A stretch of 64,000 nucleotides of DNA from Camelus ferus (GCF_009834535.1 NC_045696.1:79982001-80046000), one strand, 5' to 3'; shown: positions 1 to 14,729, counted from the first letter of the stretch. The notes: generated from the sequence alone by a model not told the origin. A program made the numbers and translations.

Positions 1-110
1 GAATATGAAAAAGATTACGTATATATGTATAACTGGATCACTATGCTATACACCAGAAATCAACACATTGTAAAATCAACTATACTTCAATTAAAAAGAA
101 AAGAAAGCAT
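1..110 (+). mobile_element. LINE-1 3' end (lineage-specific family), cut by the window edge
   Basis: ...CTATGCTATACACCAGAAATCAACACATTGTAAAATCAACTATACTTCAAT plus an A-rich tail. The same 3' UTR recurs at ~4.2, 16.0, 37.1, 42.3 and 49.9 kb. Confidence 0.85.
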
Positions 111-567
111 ATCAAACTGAGAAGCATTGAGATAATAAGCATAAAACTTCATATATATTGTATCTGTAAATATTTGGGGGATGTGAATATTTATCTTGAT
201 CATCCCTGAAGAACTCCAGTTTGAAAAAGATAATGAAAAACGTATGTGAGAACAAAAGCTCCAACAAACAAGACTCTTCCAGGGTATAAGCTAAGCACCT
301 TGGAGAGTGCACCACCTACGTTGTTCCCTAGGACATAGCTAAGGAAATAATTTTTCTTACACCCAAGGTCACCCAAGTTCACTAGAAGAATTGAATCTCG
401 CAAGGTACTTAAGTCACTGTTAAGAGTCTTTTATAAACAGGAAAAATTTAGCTCAAAGCATTCAGTGTACTTAAGAAATCTACAAGGTCACAGATCCCTA
501 TGACTATTACCTCCCGTTTGGCTTTTTCATCTCACCGTCAATATCAATTCTAACAACATTTTACATT

Positions 568-1475
568 TGCAATATTGTGATTCATAAGAAATATATAGTT
601 GGTCTTCATCCACAGTTCCTGGCTTAAAGCTTCCAAAATCCTTGGAATTTCCTAAATGTGGAGAGTGATAAAGGTGTCTTTTTTTATATTAATGAGGTGA
701 CGTATGGAAAGCACCAAAGGATGGGGCTGGTTGCCAAAGTAGCAAACAATGTGATTCAAGGGTTGGAACTTTCAATTCCACCCCTTGACTTTCAGGGACG
801 GGGAAGGGACTGGAGGTTGAATCAATCACCAATGGCCAATGATTTAATCAATCATGTCTGTGTAATGGTGCATCCTTAAAAAACCAAAAAGGATGGGGTT
901 CACAGAGCTTTGGGGTCGATGAACACATAGGGATTTGGGAGAGTGGTGAGCCTGCAGAGGGCATGGAAGCACCTCACCCTTTCCCCATGCCCTGCCCTAG
1001 TGTCTCTTCCATCAGGTTCTTCCTGAGTTATATCCTTTTATAACAAAATGATAACCTAGTAAATTCTGTGAGTCACTCCAGAAAATTAATCAATCCCAAG
1101 GAGGGGATCTCGGGAAACTCTGATTTATAGCCAGTTGGTCAGCTGGTAACAACCTGGATTTGTGACTAGTGTCTGAATTAAGTTGTCAAGGAGGGGATCA
1201 TTGGAACTTCTAATTTTTAGATAATCAACAGCTGGCTGATCAGAAGTGCAGGTAACAACCTGGGTTGCAACTGGCATCTGAAGATGTAGGGGGTAGTCTT
1301 ATAGTACTGAACGCTTCACCTGTGGAATCTGATTCCATCTCCAAGCAGACAATGTCAGAATTTAGTTAACTGTAGGACACCCAGCTGGTGTCGAAAACAT
1401 TGTTTGTTGGTGTGGGGAACTCCTGCCCCAACACACACACACACACACATGTTGGAATTGGTCTCAGAACACCAT
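568..1475 (+). mobile_element. Solo LTR, MER21-like
   Basis: ATATTGTGATTCATAAGAAATATATAGTTGGTCTTC...CCTTGGAATTTCC and CACCAATGGCCAATGATTTAATCAATCATG match my recollection of the MER21B/C consensus. Ends approximate. Confidence 0.75.
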
Positions 1476-3589
1476 TTTAACAAATATTAAATTTTCAAGT
1501 AAAAGCTGGTCTTAGTTCCCAAAGCACCTTCATACACATCAGCTCCTTTGATCTTCAACACAACCCCAACTATACGTAGTGCAGTTATTTTCCAGATGAG
1601 AAAACAGTCTCGGAGAAGGAAGGTCAAAAGCACATTGAAGATAAAAATCCAAGTCTTCTGGATCCAAACCTACTTCATCTCCCACTTGCATTTCAAACTG
1701 CATAACAATCCTGAGAATTGTTCAATTCTCTGAGAAAGAGCAAAACTCTTGGCAAGTGCTCCTAAATTTCTTTAGAGCCCCTTGGAGGATTCAGTGCTGC
1801 ATTTTAATCCCTGGGAGGGGAAGAGACGGGTGGGCTGAACTTCTCCTGCGTGAGGCATTAGCAACAGGCTCAGGCTGCAGATGGGTAGAGGGAGGGGAGA
1901 CCAGGGTGCAACGCTCCAAGCAGGGATTAAACATCTAAATCAGAAAGAGAACAGCTGTAGCCCCTTTACGTTAGAGTTTTAAAATTCTGAGCATGCAAAG
2001 AACTATAAAAATCACAAGTAGGCCCTGGATCATAACAGATGAATAAGGGATTTATAATCTTTAAACTGCAAGGAGAATGGCTTACATTGGTACCATTTCC
2101 TATTTTGATTACAATCATTGTCCTGAGAGCAGATTCATGTTGTGCCTTTTCTGGTTCCTTTTGCAATTCATCACAAGGACACAACTGAATGGTGAGGCCA
2201 CTGCACATTCTCTGAAAGTCAATAAAAGCCTATGTGTAACTTCAGATCTCTTTTTTCTTTTTTTTTTTTTTTTTTTGGTTGGTTGGTTTGTCATAATTTG
2301 ATTGGGCAGTTGTTTTCCATTGTGGCCTGTTAGCCATCTCATTAACCTAGAAGGGTGAGATGGTCTGGACAATTAGCTTCCAGAAAATTAAAAAGGTTAA
2401 AGCCAAAAGACTGCTACTCAGTGCTTTTCATAAACTAGCTGGGTTATTAAATTCTGATATCTTGTGCCAGGGTCCCGGACTATAATCGTAAGAAATAGCA
2501 CAAAGCAAGGCTCTTCCCAAATCATTTTCAAACGATCTTCTTCAAAGACTTTCTGGCCATATGTAGTTTATATGTCAATAAGCCTGGGGAAAATACCCAC
2601 CCCACCACTTCCCCACAACATCATTCTACAATAGAATGTCCTTTATTCCTTAGAAGGGACTTTTTTCAGCTCAGTCTGTCTTCCTTTGTATTACAGGAAC
2701 TTCTATAAAATAGGTAAGAACCTCTATAACAACCAAAATTCTCTATTTTTCTAGCAATTCATGAAATGCAGTGTGATGATATCAAAACTCACATGCAAAG
2801 AAACAAATGCAAAAGTTTTGGAACCAGTGCCTCTGGGCTCTAGCCTGGCTATTAACCATTATGTCCTATAGCAGAGCCATCACGGTGTGCACCTACCTGT
2901 ATTATTGTGCTGTATGTGCAACCATCTGGAAAACTATAGCTGCACCAACACAAGAAAAGTGAAAAAAGACAGACATGGATTACGTTACATTTTTCAAATG
3001 TTACTCAAATCCCACCGTTGGGTAAATGCAAGGAGGACATAAAAATCCAGTAATTTCTAAATTTAAAAGGAAACATTAGTTTCTCCTCTCTGTGCTGATT
3101 ATTTTTCTCATTCTTGATCCAGCTAGACTGCCTAGCCTTTTATGGCAAAGAAAATCTATCGAGCATAAGAAACTAGTAGCATGCCCCTCAGCTGACCTAA
3201 CTTTATGGAATTGCACTCCTATCCCTATCACATATATTACACTCCAACTTCTCCTGGGTGCCTTTTATACAAGGTGACATTTGGGATCTGTGGGGAGTTT
3301 CCCCTTGCAGGCTGCAAAGCTTGGGGTAAATTCTACCACATGAGGCTTATCTAGGAGCTCATTAAAGCATTTCCACACATTGCTTTATGATGCATATGGA
3401 AGCCTCAGGAATTCCAGTTGGATATATAAACAGCCTCTTGTTTGTTATTCTAATTGTGGTCATTATACAAATGTACACGAAATGTACACTCTACTCTTCA
3501 TTTGCATGTAAATTGGGCAAGCAGTATTTGAAAAAAACCTCATGTCGCCCACTTCTTTTATCAGTCACTACTCATCCCAGACAACCAAT

Positions 3590-3960
3590 GAACTCATTCA
3601 TTCATCCATTCATTTACTCTGCAAACATGTTCTCTACATCTACTGTGCACTAGGCAGTGTGAGAGGGTAACAGGCGTGGGATATACAAAAGTGATAAATA
3701 GACAGTCCCTCCCCTCAAGGAGCATATTCTAGTGGGGAGAAAAATATAAAGAGATAAATTACAAGTCCTATTTGTTTATTCAGTGGTGGAATTCAGGTAC
3801 AAATAAAATTCTACATCGAGACCCAAGCAGGCAGGTTTAATGGAAATGTTATTTGAGTTGGATTTTGAGGAATGAGTAGGTCATTTCCAAATGGAGACAG
3901 CTTAAAGGACACACTTGACAGGGGAAAGAGCAAAGGCAGAGAGAAAATGTGTGTCAACAG
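3590..3960 (-). mobile_element. L2 3' fragment
   Basis: CATTCATTCATCCATTCATTT tail followed by typical decayed antisense L2 sequence. A second such tail starts near 4300. Confidence 0.55.
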
Positions 3961-3976
3961 AATGCAGTTTTAGAGA

Positions 3977-4267
3977 GACAGACTCATAGACATAGAAAAC
4001 AAACTTACGGTCATCGGGAGGAAAGAGGGCGAGAAGGGATAAATTTGGAGTTTGAGATTTGAAAATATTAACTACTATTTATAAAAATAGATTAAAAAAA
4101 CAAATCTCTTCTGTATAGCACAGGGAACTGTATTCAATATCTTGTAACCTTTAATGAGGAAGAATATGAAAAGGAATATACGTATGTATATGTATGACTG
4201 AAACATTAAGCTGCACACCAGAAACTGACACAACATTGTAAACTGACTATACTTCAATAAAAAAAAA
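3977..4267 (+). mobile_element. 5'-truncated young LINE-1 (3' UTR only)
   Basis: ACAGACTCATAGACATAGAAAACAAACTTACGG...TATAGCACAGGGAACT...ACTGACTATACTTCAATAAAAAAAAA. Confidence 0.85.
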
Positions 4268-5807
4268 GGCTCTGGCTAAGAACATACGGCGACTATCCTT
4301 TACTCACTCATTCATTCATTTATTCACTTAGCAAACATTGGTTCAGCAACTATTATTGTGTTGAGTTAAGTGCTTCATGTGGAAACACAAAATGAAATAA
4401 AACTTGGTCTCTGCTTTTAGAGTCTGATTGAGAAGGAAAAGTAAAACAATAATGGTGCAATGCCTTGAATTCTTTGACTATACATGCACAGGGAGCCTTG
4501 GGAGCCCAGAGGCAAGTCAGAGAAGGCGCAAGGAAGAGAGGGGAGCTGAGGGGTCATTCAGAGCACTGTAGGATTCATGCAAGTTTAGCTGGGCAGCTGT
4601 AAAGTGGAAGGAAAAACATTCCTTAGGCAAGAAAGGGAACAGGTACAAAGATCCAAGGCACCACTGAGGAAAGTCAAAAGTAAAAATCTGTAATAAGGAC
4701 GTTCCAGAGATGTCAGAGAATATGTTAGGAAACTTGTGTGTCTGTGTTGCATACACCCCACCACAGTTGGCCGGGCACGGAACCAGAAAACCTGCAAGAA
4801 TGCAACACCTAGTTCAGAGTCTTCTGAGGAGTTCCAGGCAACTCCCTGCAATTTGTTTTAAATAGGGACAATAGATGTCTGTTATCAACATTCCAGAAGC
4901 AAACTAAAAATTGAACAAATGGCACTGCAAATGTATATGCTCAATATGATTGTGAGGTTCTATGACAGTTACTCAAAATTACAGTATTTTCAAACCAAAG
5001 GCTAGATGTTTAAGGTCAGGATGTCTTGCTTATAAAATAGAACTTTCTGTATCAACTCAGAAAACTCTTTGCTAAAACATTTTTGGCAACAGTAGCAGAA
5101 TTACATTTACCTGGGTTGCTGCCCTTTGACTTTAAGATGACAGGGAAGGTTCCCTCCTTGCCTACATCTCCACGTTTATCCCCAACCAAACATTCACACA
5201 TTCCAGTCCACTGAGCTCCAGTCATAGTAAATGACTTGTGGTTCCTGAAATACAGAGCTGCAGTTTCGTATCTTTTCATATCTTTGCACATATGGTTCCC
5301 AGAACACACTAATTTCTACCTGACCAACTCAGCTCAAGTGCAACTTCCTTGGGGAAGCCTCCCCGTCACCCCTACTCTCCATCTGGGTGGGTGCTACTCT
5401 CATGTGCTCCCACAGCCCCCAGGGAATACCTCTACCACAGCTTTTTCTTCCGTTTACTTGTCATCTTCTCCCACAAGACTGTTAACTCCTAGTGGACAAA
5501 GGTTTTTGTTCTTTGTTTTTTTAATTCCTATATCCCAGCACCCATTCAAGTGCTCAATCAGTGATTGATAAATAGATGAATGACTGAAACAATCAATTTG
5601 TCCTTAGAACAAAACGATTCAGGTTGGAAAAGTTATTGTCATGCATAATTTGAATAGAGAAGACAGTTTTGACTAATCAATAAATTTTTTTTTTGAGTAA
5701 CTCATGGTTAAGGATATCAAGGGTTTTGACTAATTTAAAGAGGCAGATTTTGGCTCAAAGTAGAACTTTCTAACGCCTAGGGCTGTCCCACAAAAGAATG
5801 GCCTATC

Positions 5808-5960
5808 TAGGGGGTAGGTAAATTATGTATGCCTTTGGGCCAAATTCAGCCCACCATCTGTTTTTGTAAATAAAAGTTATGCTGCAGCAGATCCACACCA
5901 CTTGTTCACACATTGTCCACAGCTGCTTTCATACACAAAGGCAGAGCTGAGGAGTGCAGG
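5808..5960 (+). mobile_element. MER58A-like hAT-Charlie MITE fragment
   Basis: GGGCCAAATTCAGCCCACCATCTGTTTTTGTAAATAAAAGTT...GCTGCTTTC...GGCAGAGCTGAG resembles the MER58A consensus. Confidence 0.65.
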
Positions 5961-7819
5961 TCTATGATGACAGATGTACTTTTCTATGACAAAAACACAT
6001 CATACGTTAATTTGTCTTTGACTGATAGTCCTATAATGGGCAGTAATGCTAGCTGTAGAAAAGGAAATCGTCACCTATATAGCCATAGTTTAGGTAATGC
6101 TCAACTTCTAAATACAGTTTATATTCTGAATAATGAAGGAAATACAGTTTCGGTTTCAAGCATCATCAGGGCACTATCATCGGAAGAAGTAAGGAAAGGT
6201 TCAACAGAAGCCAAGGAGACAGTAACCTGACCTGTTGCTGACTCTGCATTTCCCAGCAGACTTCAAATGAGGCTCTCCCTCTGGACCACAGGTATTAATC
6301 AGGGGGCAGTCCTTCATCCTTTGCTGTTCCTTATGAGGCTAAGTGGTCGTAGTGGGAAGTGAGCCTCCTATGAGAAGACCCCTTCGGCTTGCTTTATTCT
6401 CACTGACTCAGCACTGCTGGAGGTCAAGTCTCCAAGGCTGTTGTCCATCCTTTAGCAGGTTTATCTACTAGGAATGAAAAATTCTCAAACTAAAGCACTC
6501 TGGATGAAAAAGAATTCCTTTTCAGAAATTATTCCATTTCATATATTAAAATGACACACCGTGAAACATGTTTGATGTTGAAGTAAAGCCACATGTACAC
6601 ATCCATTTGGTGTTTATTAGGAGAGTTGAAATGTTCACATGCTTCCACGCTTTCACTTCCAGAGGATGCCCCTGTGGGTAGATGAAGGAAGGAGCTGCCA
6701 TATCAGGAAGAGAGAAGGCCTTCCTGCCTCCTGCTACACTGAAGAAGGTATGGCTGCAGGAAATTGGCCAAGAAAGGCAGGTTTGGGGCCAAGACATGCA
6801 TTTACTCCTGCCACGCCATCAGCAAAGCTCAGCAGTCATCTCAGCACATTTCTGGCATTGCCGGGTACCTTGTCCTACAAATAAAGGAGGAACAGGGGCA
6901 AGTCCTAAAAATCCCCATTGTAAAGTGGTTACACAGGTTATCTCCAAAGACATTTACCATCTCTTCTTCAATTATCTCCTCACCAACTCTATCAAGTCCC
7001 AAAGATGCTCAAACATGCAGGCAGCTGGAAAGACCCCAAAATACTTGTGGAGGAAATTATTGATAGCTGCTGTTTACTTTCCAGTGGTCTCATTTATAGG
7101 TTTCTTGTAAATCCTCCTTTCCCTCCTGTTTCTTTATGAAGAGATTCTCTCTCCTTGTTTAGCATGGCTGCTATGCCAGGGAGCTGCACTCTTGCTCAAA
7201 GATTTCTCTTGTTATCAGTCTGGAGGAATTGGCTGCTTTAGGAGGAAAGGGAAGAAATCTCTCCAGCATTATGTAATATAAAGGGAGGATCCTATAAGTT
7301 ACAGCTGCCTCGGCCACTTTGTACAGATATTTGGCGTTTATTCTTTCCTTCCTTCTCCCCCCGCCTTGCCCCTGTGCTGGAGGATACCTGCTGTAATAAA
7401 CAAAAATAATAGAGGAAATTTGTTCCCATGCAGCCTTACTAGAATGCCCCACTGGAAGGAGTGACTGTAGGGCAGGAAGGGAAACATTCGGTCAATGGGA
7501 CTCAGAGTGATGTTCCCTCTTCTGAACTCCCGTGGCACCAACTAGCTGAACCAGTCTCTGGCATTTATCAAATCCTGTTCTGCTCTGGTGCCTGCATATG
7601 ACTGTCTCATCCACTTGAAAAGGGTGTAAAAATTCTTTAAAGTCTGTATAATCCCATATGCTCTCTTTTGGACCACCAATAGCTCCCAGCCCAGGGCCTT
7701 GAATCCTCAAGTCATTTGACGAAAAAAAAAATGGCATGTTAATTTTGAAGCCTGTAAAGTTTTAAGAGTAATCAGAACACAGAAGAAAAGGGGGCAGATT
7801 TTTAAATACTTCCTCACCG

Positions 7820-8315
7820 AGACAGGCAGAATGGTATTACCCTCAAAGATGACCAAGTCCTAATTCCCAGAACCTGATGAATATGTTATGTTACATAGCA
7901 AGGTTACACTAAAAGTTGCAGATGGAATTAAGGTTACTAATCAATTGACCTTAAAATAGGGAGATTTTCCTGGATTATTTAGGCAAACCTAATATAATCA
8001 CAAAAGTCCTTAAAAGTGAAAGCAGGAAACAGAAAGGTTAGTGCCAGAGTGATGCTAAGAAAGAAAGGCTCTTCCAGCTATCACTGGCTTTGAAGATAGA
8101 ATAAGGCACACACTAAGCAATGTAGGTAGCCTCTAGAAGCTATAAAAGACAAGAAAACAGGTATTCTTGGACCTCCAGAAAAAAATGCAGTCCTTCTGAC
8201 TCCTTGCTTTTAGCTCAGTTCTGACTTCCAGAATTGTAAGACAGTAAGTTTGTATTGTTTGAAGCCACTAAATTAATAAAAATTTGTTACAGAAGCCATA
8301 AAAAAATACTAATAG
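7820..8315 (+). mobile_element. MaLR solo LTR (MLT1D/E-like)
   Basis: AGGCAGAAT...CAAAGATG...CCTAATTCCCAGAACCTG...GAATATGTTATGTTACAT...GCAGATGGAATTAAGGTT and terminal AATTTGTTACAG...ACTAATA. Confidence 0.75.
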
Positions 8316-11300
8316 ATTCAACTACATAAGACTTACACAAAAGGAAGGAAAGCTTAATATGGAGGCATTTTCTTCCTGAGAGTTTCTGCCTTTAAGAGGG
8401 CCTTCAACCCTGTTTGACCAGAAAGTTTCTAAGTGACAGGGACTAAGGAGTCAAGTGCCCATAAGGCAAAATCTTTGGCCTCTGAGGCCCTTGTATGTTT
8501 CTGGTAATACCGATTGTGGAAGGCAGAGCTAGCCCCACTCCTATAGGAATTGAGCAGTTGCTTCTGCAGTGTTATTTCAGGGGGAAGGATGAGGTTCCCC
8601 AACTTACTTCCCCCAAAATGTCTTTCCCACTTCCCCACTGGGCCAGGAAAATAGGTAAAGTAATATCACAGCCAGTTGAATAGGGTGCCATTCCTTGCTT
8701 TCTGTAAGGAAATCTTATGTCTATGGATATCAGGGGTCTAGTTTTCACAATGGAAATCACTTGCTACAGTGCCTGCACAATAAAAATGTCACTTGAAAGT
8801 GGTGTCACTAAACCTAATAAGCAGTGGATATTGCCAATCGAGATAGACTCAGAGCCAATGGTACTGGCTGGAAACACAGAGGATGCATGGAGACACAAGT
8901 ATTTTCCAAGCCAGGGGGGGAAATTGAGAGAACTGGGCTCTAAGACAATCTTTGCTAAGATCACAATTTTGCTTACTTTCAACACTTATAGGGGCAGGCT
9001 CCCCAATTCAGTCTTTATCAAGTTGATTAGCCTGGAAGGGCTGCAAAGGCTGCCTCTATTACATCCTCTGAGTGAAACAGGAACCTCCAGGGTTCTTGTA
9101 ATCGTTCAGTACCGAGGTTCAAGTTGAATACATTTATGGGAGTTGGCCTCTAGCCCACTTCTTATGAATACACATAAACACACCTTTTATTGCTCAATAA
9201 TGTTTTCCCTTTTGCAACTTTTTATGAAACACTAAAAAAAAATGGGGCTTGTATTTTAATTTTTTAAGAGAAGAAACCATAGAAATACCAAATCTTCCAA
9301 ATGGGAACTTTTCTTGCCTGCTGCCCCAATCAAAAATTATTTGTCAAGGGGATGGTCAAAGCTTCAACATCAACAACTCAAGGTATTAATTTGGTCCAAA
9401 TCCAACTAACTTGCTCTCCAGACTGAGTTTCTGCATTTCTCTTTACGAGCCCAACCTCTCTCTCTAGGGTGCTTAAGGTGCAATGCAGCAGAATTCATCA
9501 GCTCTACATGCCTATGGGATGTGCTCCCCACCAACTCTGTTACAAATCAGCATTCTCTCATCTTGGCTCTTGTCCAGGAGAACAAGGAGCTCTTTCACAC
9601 ATGCACACCTTTTCATTGCCACCTCTACATCATAAGTCCAGGCCTTCATGACACCCTACCACCCTACCTGGACCATTGCAAGACTTCCAAACTAGTCAAC
9701 CTGCCTCCAATATCCACATTGTCCAATTTGCATAAGCACACTGCTGTCATATTAATCTTGAAGGAGAGATACAATTATACTACCCCACCTTAAATGCTCC
9801 AATAGTTCTCCATTTTTCACCAAGTGAAGCTTAATCTCCTTAACCTTGCATTCAACCTCATACAACCAGGCTCCAATTCTTTCTGATGTACCTCTCACTT
9901 CTCTCTTTCGTGCATTCTGCACTGCGGATGGTCTGGACTGTCTGACACTCTGCAGTGCCCCACCCCCACATGCCTTTATTCTTGTCACTTTGAGTTCTTT
10001 GTTGCAAGCCACAAAAACTGACTTTGACTACCTTAGGAACAAGGGGATGTGCTGGAAGGATGTGTTGAAGTTCACAGAACCTGAAGAGCAAGGCACAGAA
10101 AGGACAGGAAACAGGGTTGTTCAGGGGGATGCTCAGGAGAAGGAACTATTGGACAGTCTCTTTAGGGCACAGCCAAAGTGAATAGCTGAGCCCTAGACTT
10201 TTTAGGTTTTTTTTATTATTTGGGATTTTTTTTTGCCACTTTGCTCAGATTCCGGTTTCAAAGAGCATCAAATTGACTTGGCTTTGATTAAAGGCCATCA
10301 GAGCACTTGATAGATAATTTTACAAACGTTAGCCAATGAGAGAAGAGAATTCTCCAAAAGTAAATTAGAGTGTTAGTACCAAAAGAATAAATAATAGTGG
10401 TTGGGCAATGAAAAGCAACAAATATCTATGACATTATCTCCACCTCGAATATTCATTTTCTGCCTACCATTCTCTGCCCATCATTCAAGACCCAGTTTAG
10501 ACATCATTTTGAAGCCTGAACTCATCTCTCTTGTTGCCAGTTTCTGGTTGACCTCCTTACTTTCTTTCTTCTTTTATAGTTTTAATGCCTTATCCCCTTC
10601 CTCTGTAGCTTTGTAATGAGAGTCATAGCTCCTCCATATGCTCCAGTTTCTGGATCTACAAAAAAAAGATAATAACTATTTCACAAAATCATTGTGAGTA
10701 GGATTAGTATCTGTATGTAATGGAATTAGTTTAGTACCTGAGACATAGTAAGCCCTCAGTATACGCTGTTATTGTTGTTATTTCCATTAGCCTGTTGTTA
10801 GTTTCATCATCATTATCAGTATATAACTCTTTTAGTCTGCTAACCATGATTCATTCATCTTTATAGACTCCAGTCAAATATTTTACACACAAAACTATTT
10901 GCTACTTCTGGTAAATGAATGACTCAATAAAGTCATCAATCAGTGAAGGAAGAAAAAATTTGGAAGTTAAAATTGAAACAGGGATTTCAGTAGGCCTAGC
11001 CTTTCTACTTTTACTATCCAATAAGAAGACCCCAACTGTAGGAGCAAGGATTATCATAGATGTTCCAAAAAGTAGACAGGAAAAGAGCTTTCTACTGAAG
11101 ATTCTGTGGTTCTGTGGTAGTTGGAAATATAGCCCCAGTTCTGTTCTTTGGCAGTGTCTTCAGGAGATTTTTAAATAGATAATGAAAATAAGGAAGGAAG
11201 GAAAGGAGGAAGGCAGTGGGAAAGCATTAATAAGAAACTTAGGGTGACCCATGGTGATAGGAAACAGATACCCTAACCCCTGACCTAGTTTACCAACTAT

Positions 11301-13034
11301 ATCAGTGGTCCCCCTCAGGAGCCATTCTTGGTGATGCTACTCTGTGCAATAGTTAGGAATGCTCCTCAGGCATTCATATCTCCTTTGGTTACCATCATGG
11401 GTCTGTCATCTATGAATTTATCTAAACTTTCTTCATATATGTCTGTATTTTTAATCTTTGCCACGTTCCACTTGTATTGAAGCTTTGCTTTAAATCTCAC
11501 AAAGATGACTAGGGAAAAACAAGGAAAAAAACTCATCCTTCCAACAGAGAACTGAAGAAAGTTCTATTTAAATCTTACCTGTGCCACCCACTCAACAGCC
11601 TAGGCCAGGTGTTTGCCCTCCCCACTTCACTTTGATCCATTTAAAACTGATGGAATAATCTTCAGATTAGTGCATTAAAGGTTAATTAGATTTTAACTTT
11701 TTCATGCCACTCAGAATATGAAGGAGATTATATAAATGTCACATCTTATTATAGATTCTGGATAAGAAGCCTTTCCTAATTTGACTAAATTAGTATCCTT
11801 CCCAATCACTCCTTTGTCCTCCACAGCATCATATTTTTTACACATTTTATATAATCCCTGTGTTAGCAGAACTTGTGGATGTATAGATTACGCATTTCAC
11901 TACTCTAAGAGGCAACTGACATTCATGTTTCTCATTCATTATGCAAATTTCCAGACAAATATCAGTAAAGTGTCTTGAGGAAGGGGTACCTTTTTCTACT
12001 TCACGTAAAGATATTAAGAAGACATTATGGTTGGATTTGAGATATTAGTATGTCTTCCCTACTTTATCCTTGAGCCTTTTAATAAACTTCCATTTATTAG
12101 GTAGATTCAAGACAGCTGACATGTATTGCAAATATAATACAGATGTACACAAATATAATACACCTCCTGCATCAGACTTCCCACTCACAGCATATAGTCC
12201 TTCGATCTGAGCTCTTCCTCATGTAGCTGGTTTTTGAGGCCTAGTACTTCCTCTTCCAGCCCTGGTTCTGGGTCCATAAGATACATACTTTAATGCAGGT
12301 TTATAAATTAACCAGGCTTGAATGTCTTTGCACCAGATCCCCCATGTCTGACTTCAAAATCTGTCTCAGGTTGAGTGAGAGGATGCCAGACAAATCTGCA
12401 GAGAAGGACTAAATGTTGTTCCCATGAACAATATCCTTTATTTTCTCCTCAAAAGGAGGTTGCCCACCCACTGGATTTGGCTCCTTTGAGGCACTGAAAA
12501 GTACATTCTTAACCCTCAGAGTACCGCCAAAAATAAATTTGTTTCTAGATTTAGTATTTCCTGGTGGAGTTACAAAAACCACTATTAGTCTGCTCCAGGT
12601 ATGTGTGTGTATGCAGATCATCAATGTAAAACAAGATTTAACCATTCTTCCAAGAATTGTTGTCATTTCACAGATTTGGGAGTCACAAGTCTTGGGATGA
12701 TACAAGAAATCATCTATCAAGTATTTAATGAGCTTTTACTTAAAACTCAGCTTTTGTGGAAAACATAGTGGAGACAAAATCCTTGCCCCAGGATGGGAAT
12801 CGAAAGACGTCAAGTTACTTATTCTACTATACCTCATTTTTCTAATCTAAAATGATAATAATAATACCTACACCACAGACCATTAGTTAATTGAAACAAT
12901 AAACATGAAATCTTCTAAGTAGGTAATATTCAACAAATGCCTATGGAAAACCTACTGCACTAATTAAAAAGAGAAGCATTGTTCCTGCCTTCGTGGAGTT
13001 TTAATGTTTACAGGGTCTTGAGCAAGGAAGCAAC

Positions 13035-13250
13035 CAATGGTGGGCTAGAGGCAGGGTATACAGGCCTGTAGGAGCCAATTATTAAAAATTCAGAACTAGT
13101 TGCTAAACCACTGATAGCCTGAAAAGTGAACTGGTTGTTAAACCATTGGTAGCTTGAAATATGGGAGTTTTTACACCACAGAAATTGCCAAGCACTATAA
13201 ATCAGGCTTTTTTCACCCCCCAGAAAGCCAGCTGTCTAGCACACCTTTGA
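13035..13250 (+). mobile_element. MER63A-like hAT-Blackjack MITE
   Basis: GGTTGTTAAACCATTGGTAGCTTGAAAT...TTTACACCACAGAAATTG...AAATCAGGCTTTT, with a decayed terminal AGCACACCTTTG. Confidence 0.7.
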
Positions 13251-13421
13251 AAAATATTAAAGTACGAGGAATATAGTGTAGTAGTTAAGAACAGAGATCT
13301 GGAAATGGGGAGAGTTGGATTAAAATCCTAACTTTACAATCTACAAGCTGTGAGCAAGTCATTTGAATACTTTAAGCCTCATTATCCTCATTCATAAAAT
13401 GGAATAGTATTATAATCTACC

Positions 13422-13810
13422 TGTGTTAGTCTGTTCAGGCTGCCATAATAAACACAGACTGGGTGGCTTGAACAATAGTTTTCTCACAGTTCTGGAGGCT
13501 GCAAGTCCAAGATTAAGTTGCTAGCATAGTCAGTTTTAGGGAGGGCTCTTTTTCGGGCTTGCAGATGGCCACATTCTCATGGTTGTCTCCACACTGCCCT
13601 TTCCCCAGTGCGTGTGCATGGAGAGAGTGAGCAAGCTGTCTAATGTCTCTTCTCGTATGGACATTAATGCTACCAGATCAAGGGTCCAACCTTCAGACTT
13701 CATTTAACCTTAATTACCGACTTAAAGGCACTGTCTCCAAATAAAGTCACCTTAGGGATAGGACTTCAACATATGAATTTTGAGGGGACACAAATATTCA
13801 ATCCATAACA
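13422..13810 (-). mobile_element. MaLR solo LTR (MLT1A-like) inserted into a MIR
   Basis: TG...CA termini. The minus strand starts TGTTATGGATTGAATATTTGTGTCCCCTCAAAATTCATATGTTGAAG. 5-bp TSD CTACC/CTATC. MIR sequence lies on both sides (~13270-13420 and ~13815-13900). Confidence 0.8.
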
Positions 13811-14729
13811 CTATCTCATAGGTTTCTTGGGAAAATTAAATGAGACAGTATGTAAATGCAATGTCTGGTCCTTCTAAAGTGCTCAATAAATATTAGCTAC
13901 TATTACTTGTTAGAAGTCTGGCTTTGTCAGATGGTGGGAAAGGAAACTATAGAGAGGGAAAGTCTACAGTCAAGAATACTGCTGGAAAACATCAGATAAT
14001 TAGAGTCTAGACAAAGACATATCCCATTAAATGGAAAATTAATAAGATCTAGAAACTGACTAGACATGGAGGTGACAGGAAGAAATGATCAGATTTAGCT
14101 CCAAGCAGCCTAGGTGGAAAGGAACTGATGGAAGAAAGACACCATAAGATGAGAATCAGTTTTAGATGAACTGAAACAATTGAGAATTTAAGATAATAGC
14201 CAAAAATATCCAAAATCCCCAATTTCAAATTCTGACAGTATGCCTTCATTGACCAAATATTTCTTGAGCTTTTACTATATGCAAGACACTGTAAGGGATA
14301 CAAAAATGGTCAGGATATGGTCCCCATTTTTTGTATGCCTATGGTTCATTATGAAGAGGACATAGAAAGAAACTTGTCACACAAGCTTGAAAGAGATTCA
14401 TATTAGGTGCAATAAATTTTCAAAAGAAAGGGAGATGGCTTCTTGCTGGGGATAAATTAGGATTTCATGGAGGCAGAAGAATGGAGCATGAAGGATAGAT
14501 TGGATTTAAATAGGAAAATGTGGATGAGGGTGGAGAAAGGCTTCCTCACAGAGGTGTTCCTCTACCATAAGAAAAAGCATTCAGCTGAGAAAAGGTATTC
14601 AGGGGACAGTTCAGTTTAGTCAAAGCATAGACAGTGAATTAGAGAAAAGTAGGAAATTAAGCTAGAGAGATCTTTAAAGACCAAACCACAGAGGATCTTA
14701 AAATCTAGGTTAAAGAATTTGAACTTGGT

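Noticed and set aside
6682..7110. 142-aa plus-strand ORF
   Set aside because: No recognisable homology or exon structure. The length is within chance for 64 kb.
1..14000. Possible 3' exons of SPATA16, the neighbour expected downstream of ECT2 from human synteny as I recall it
   Set aside because: I could not find a matching peptide. It probably lies beyond the left edge; tblastn would settle this.
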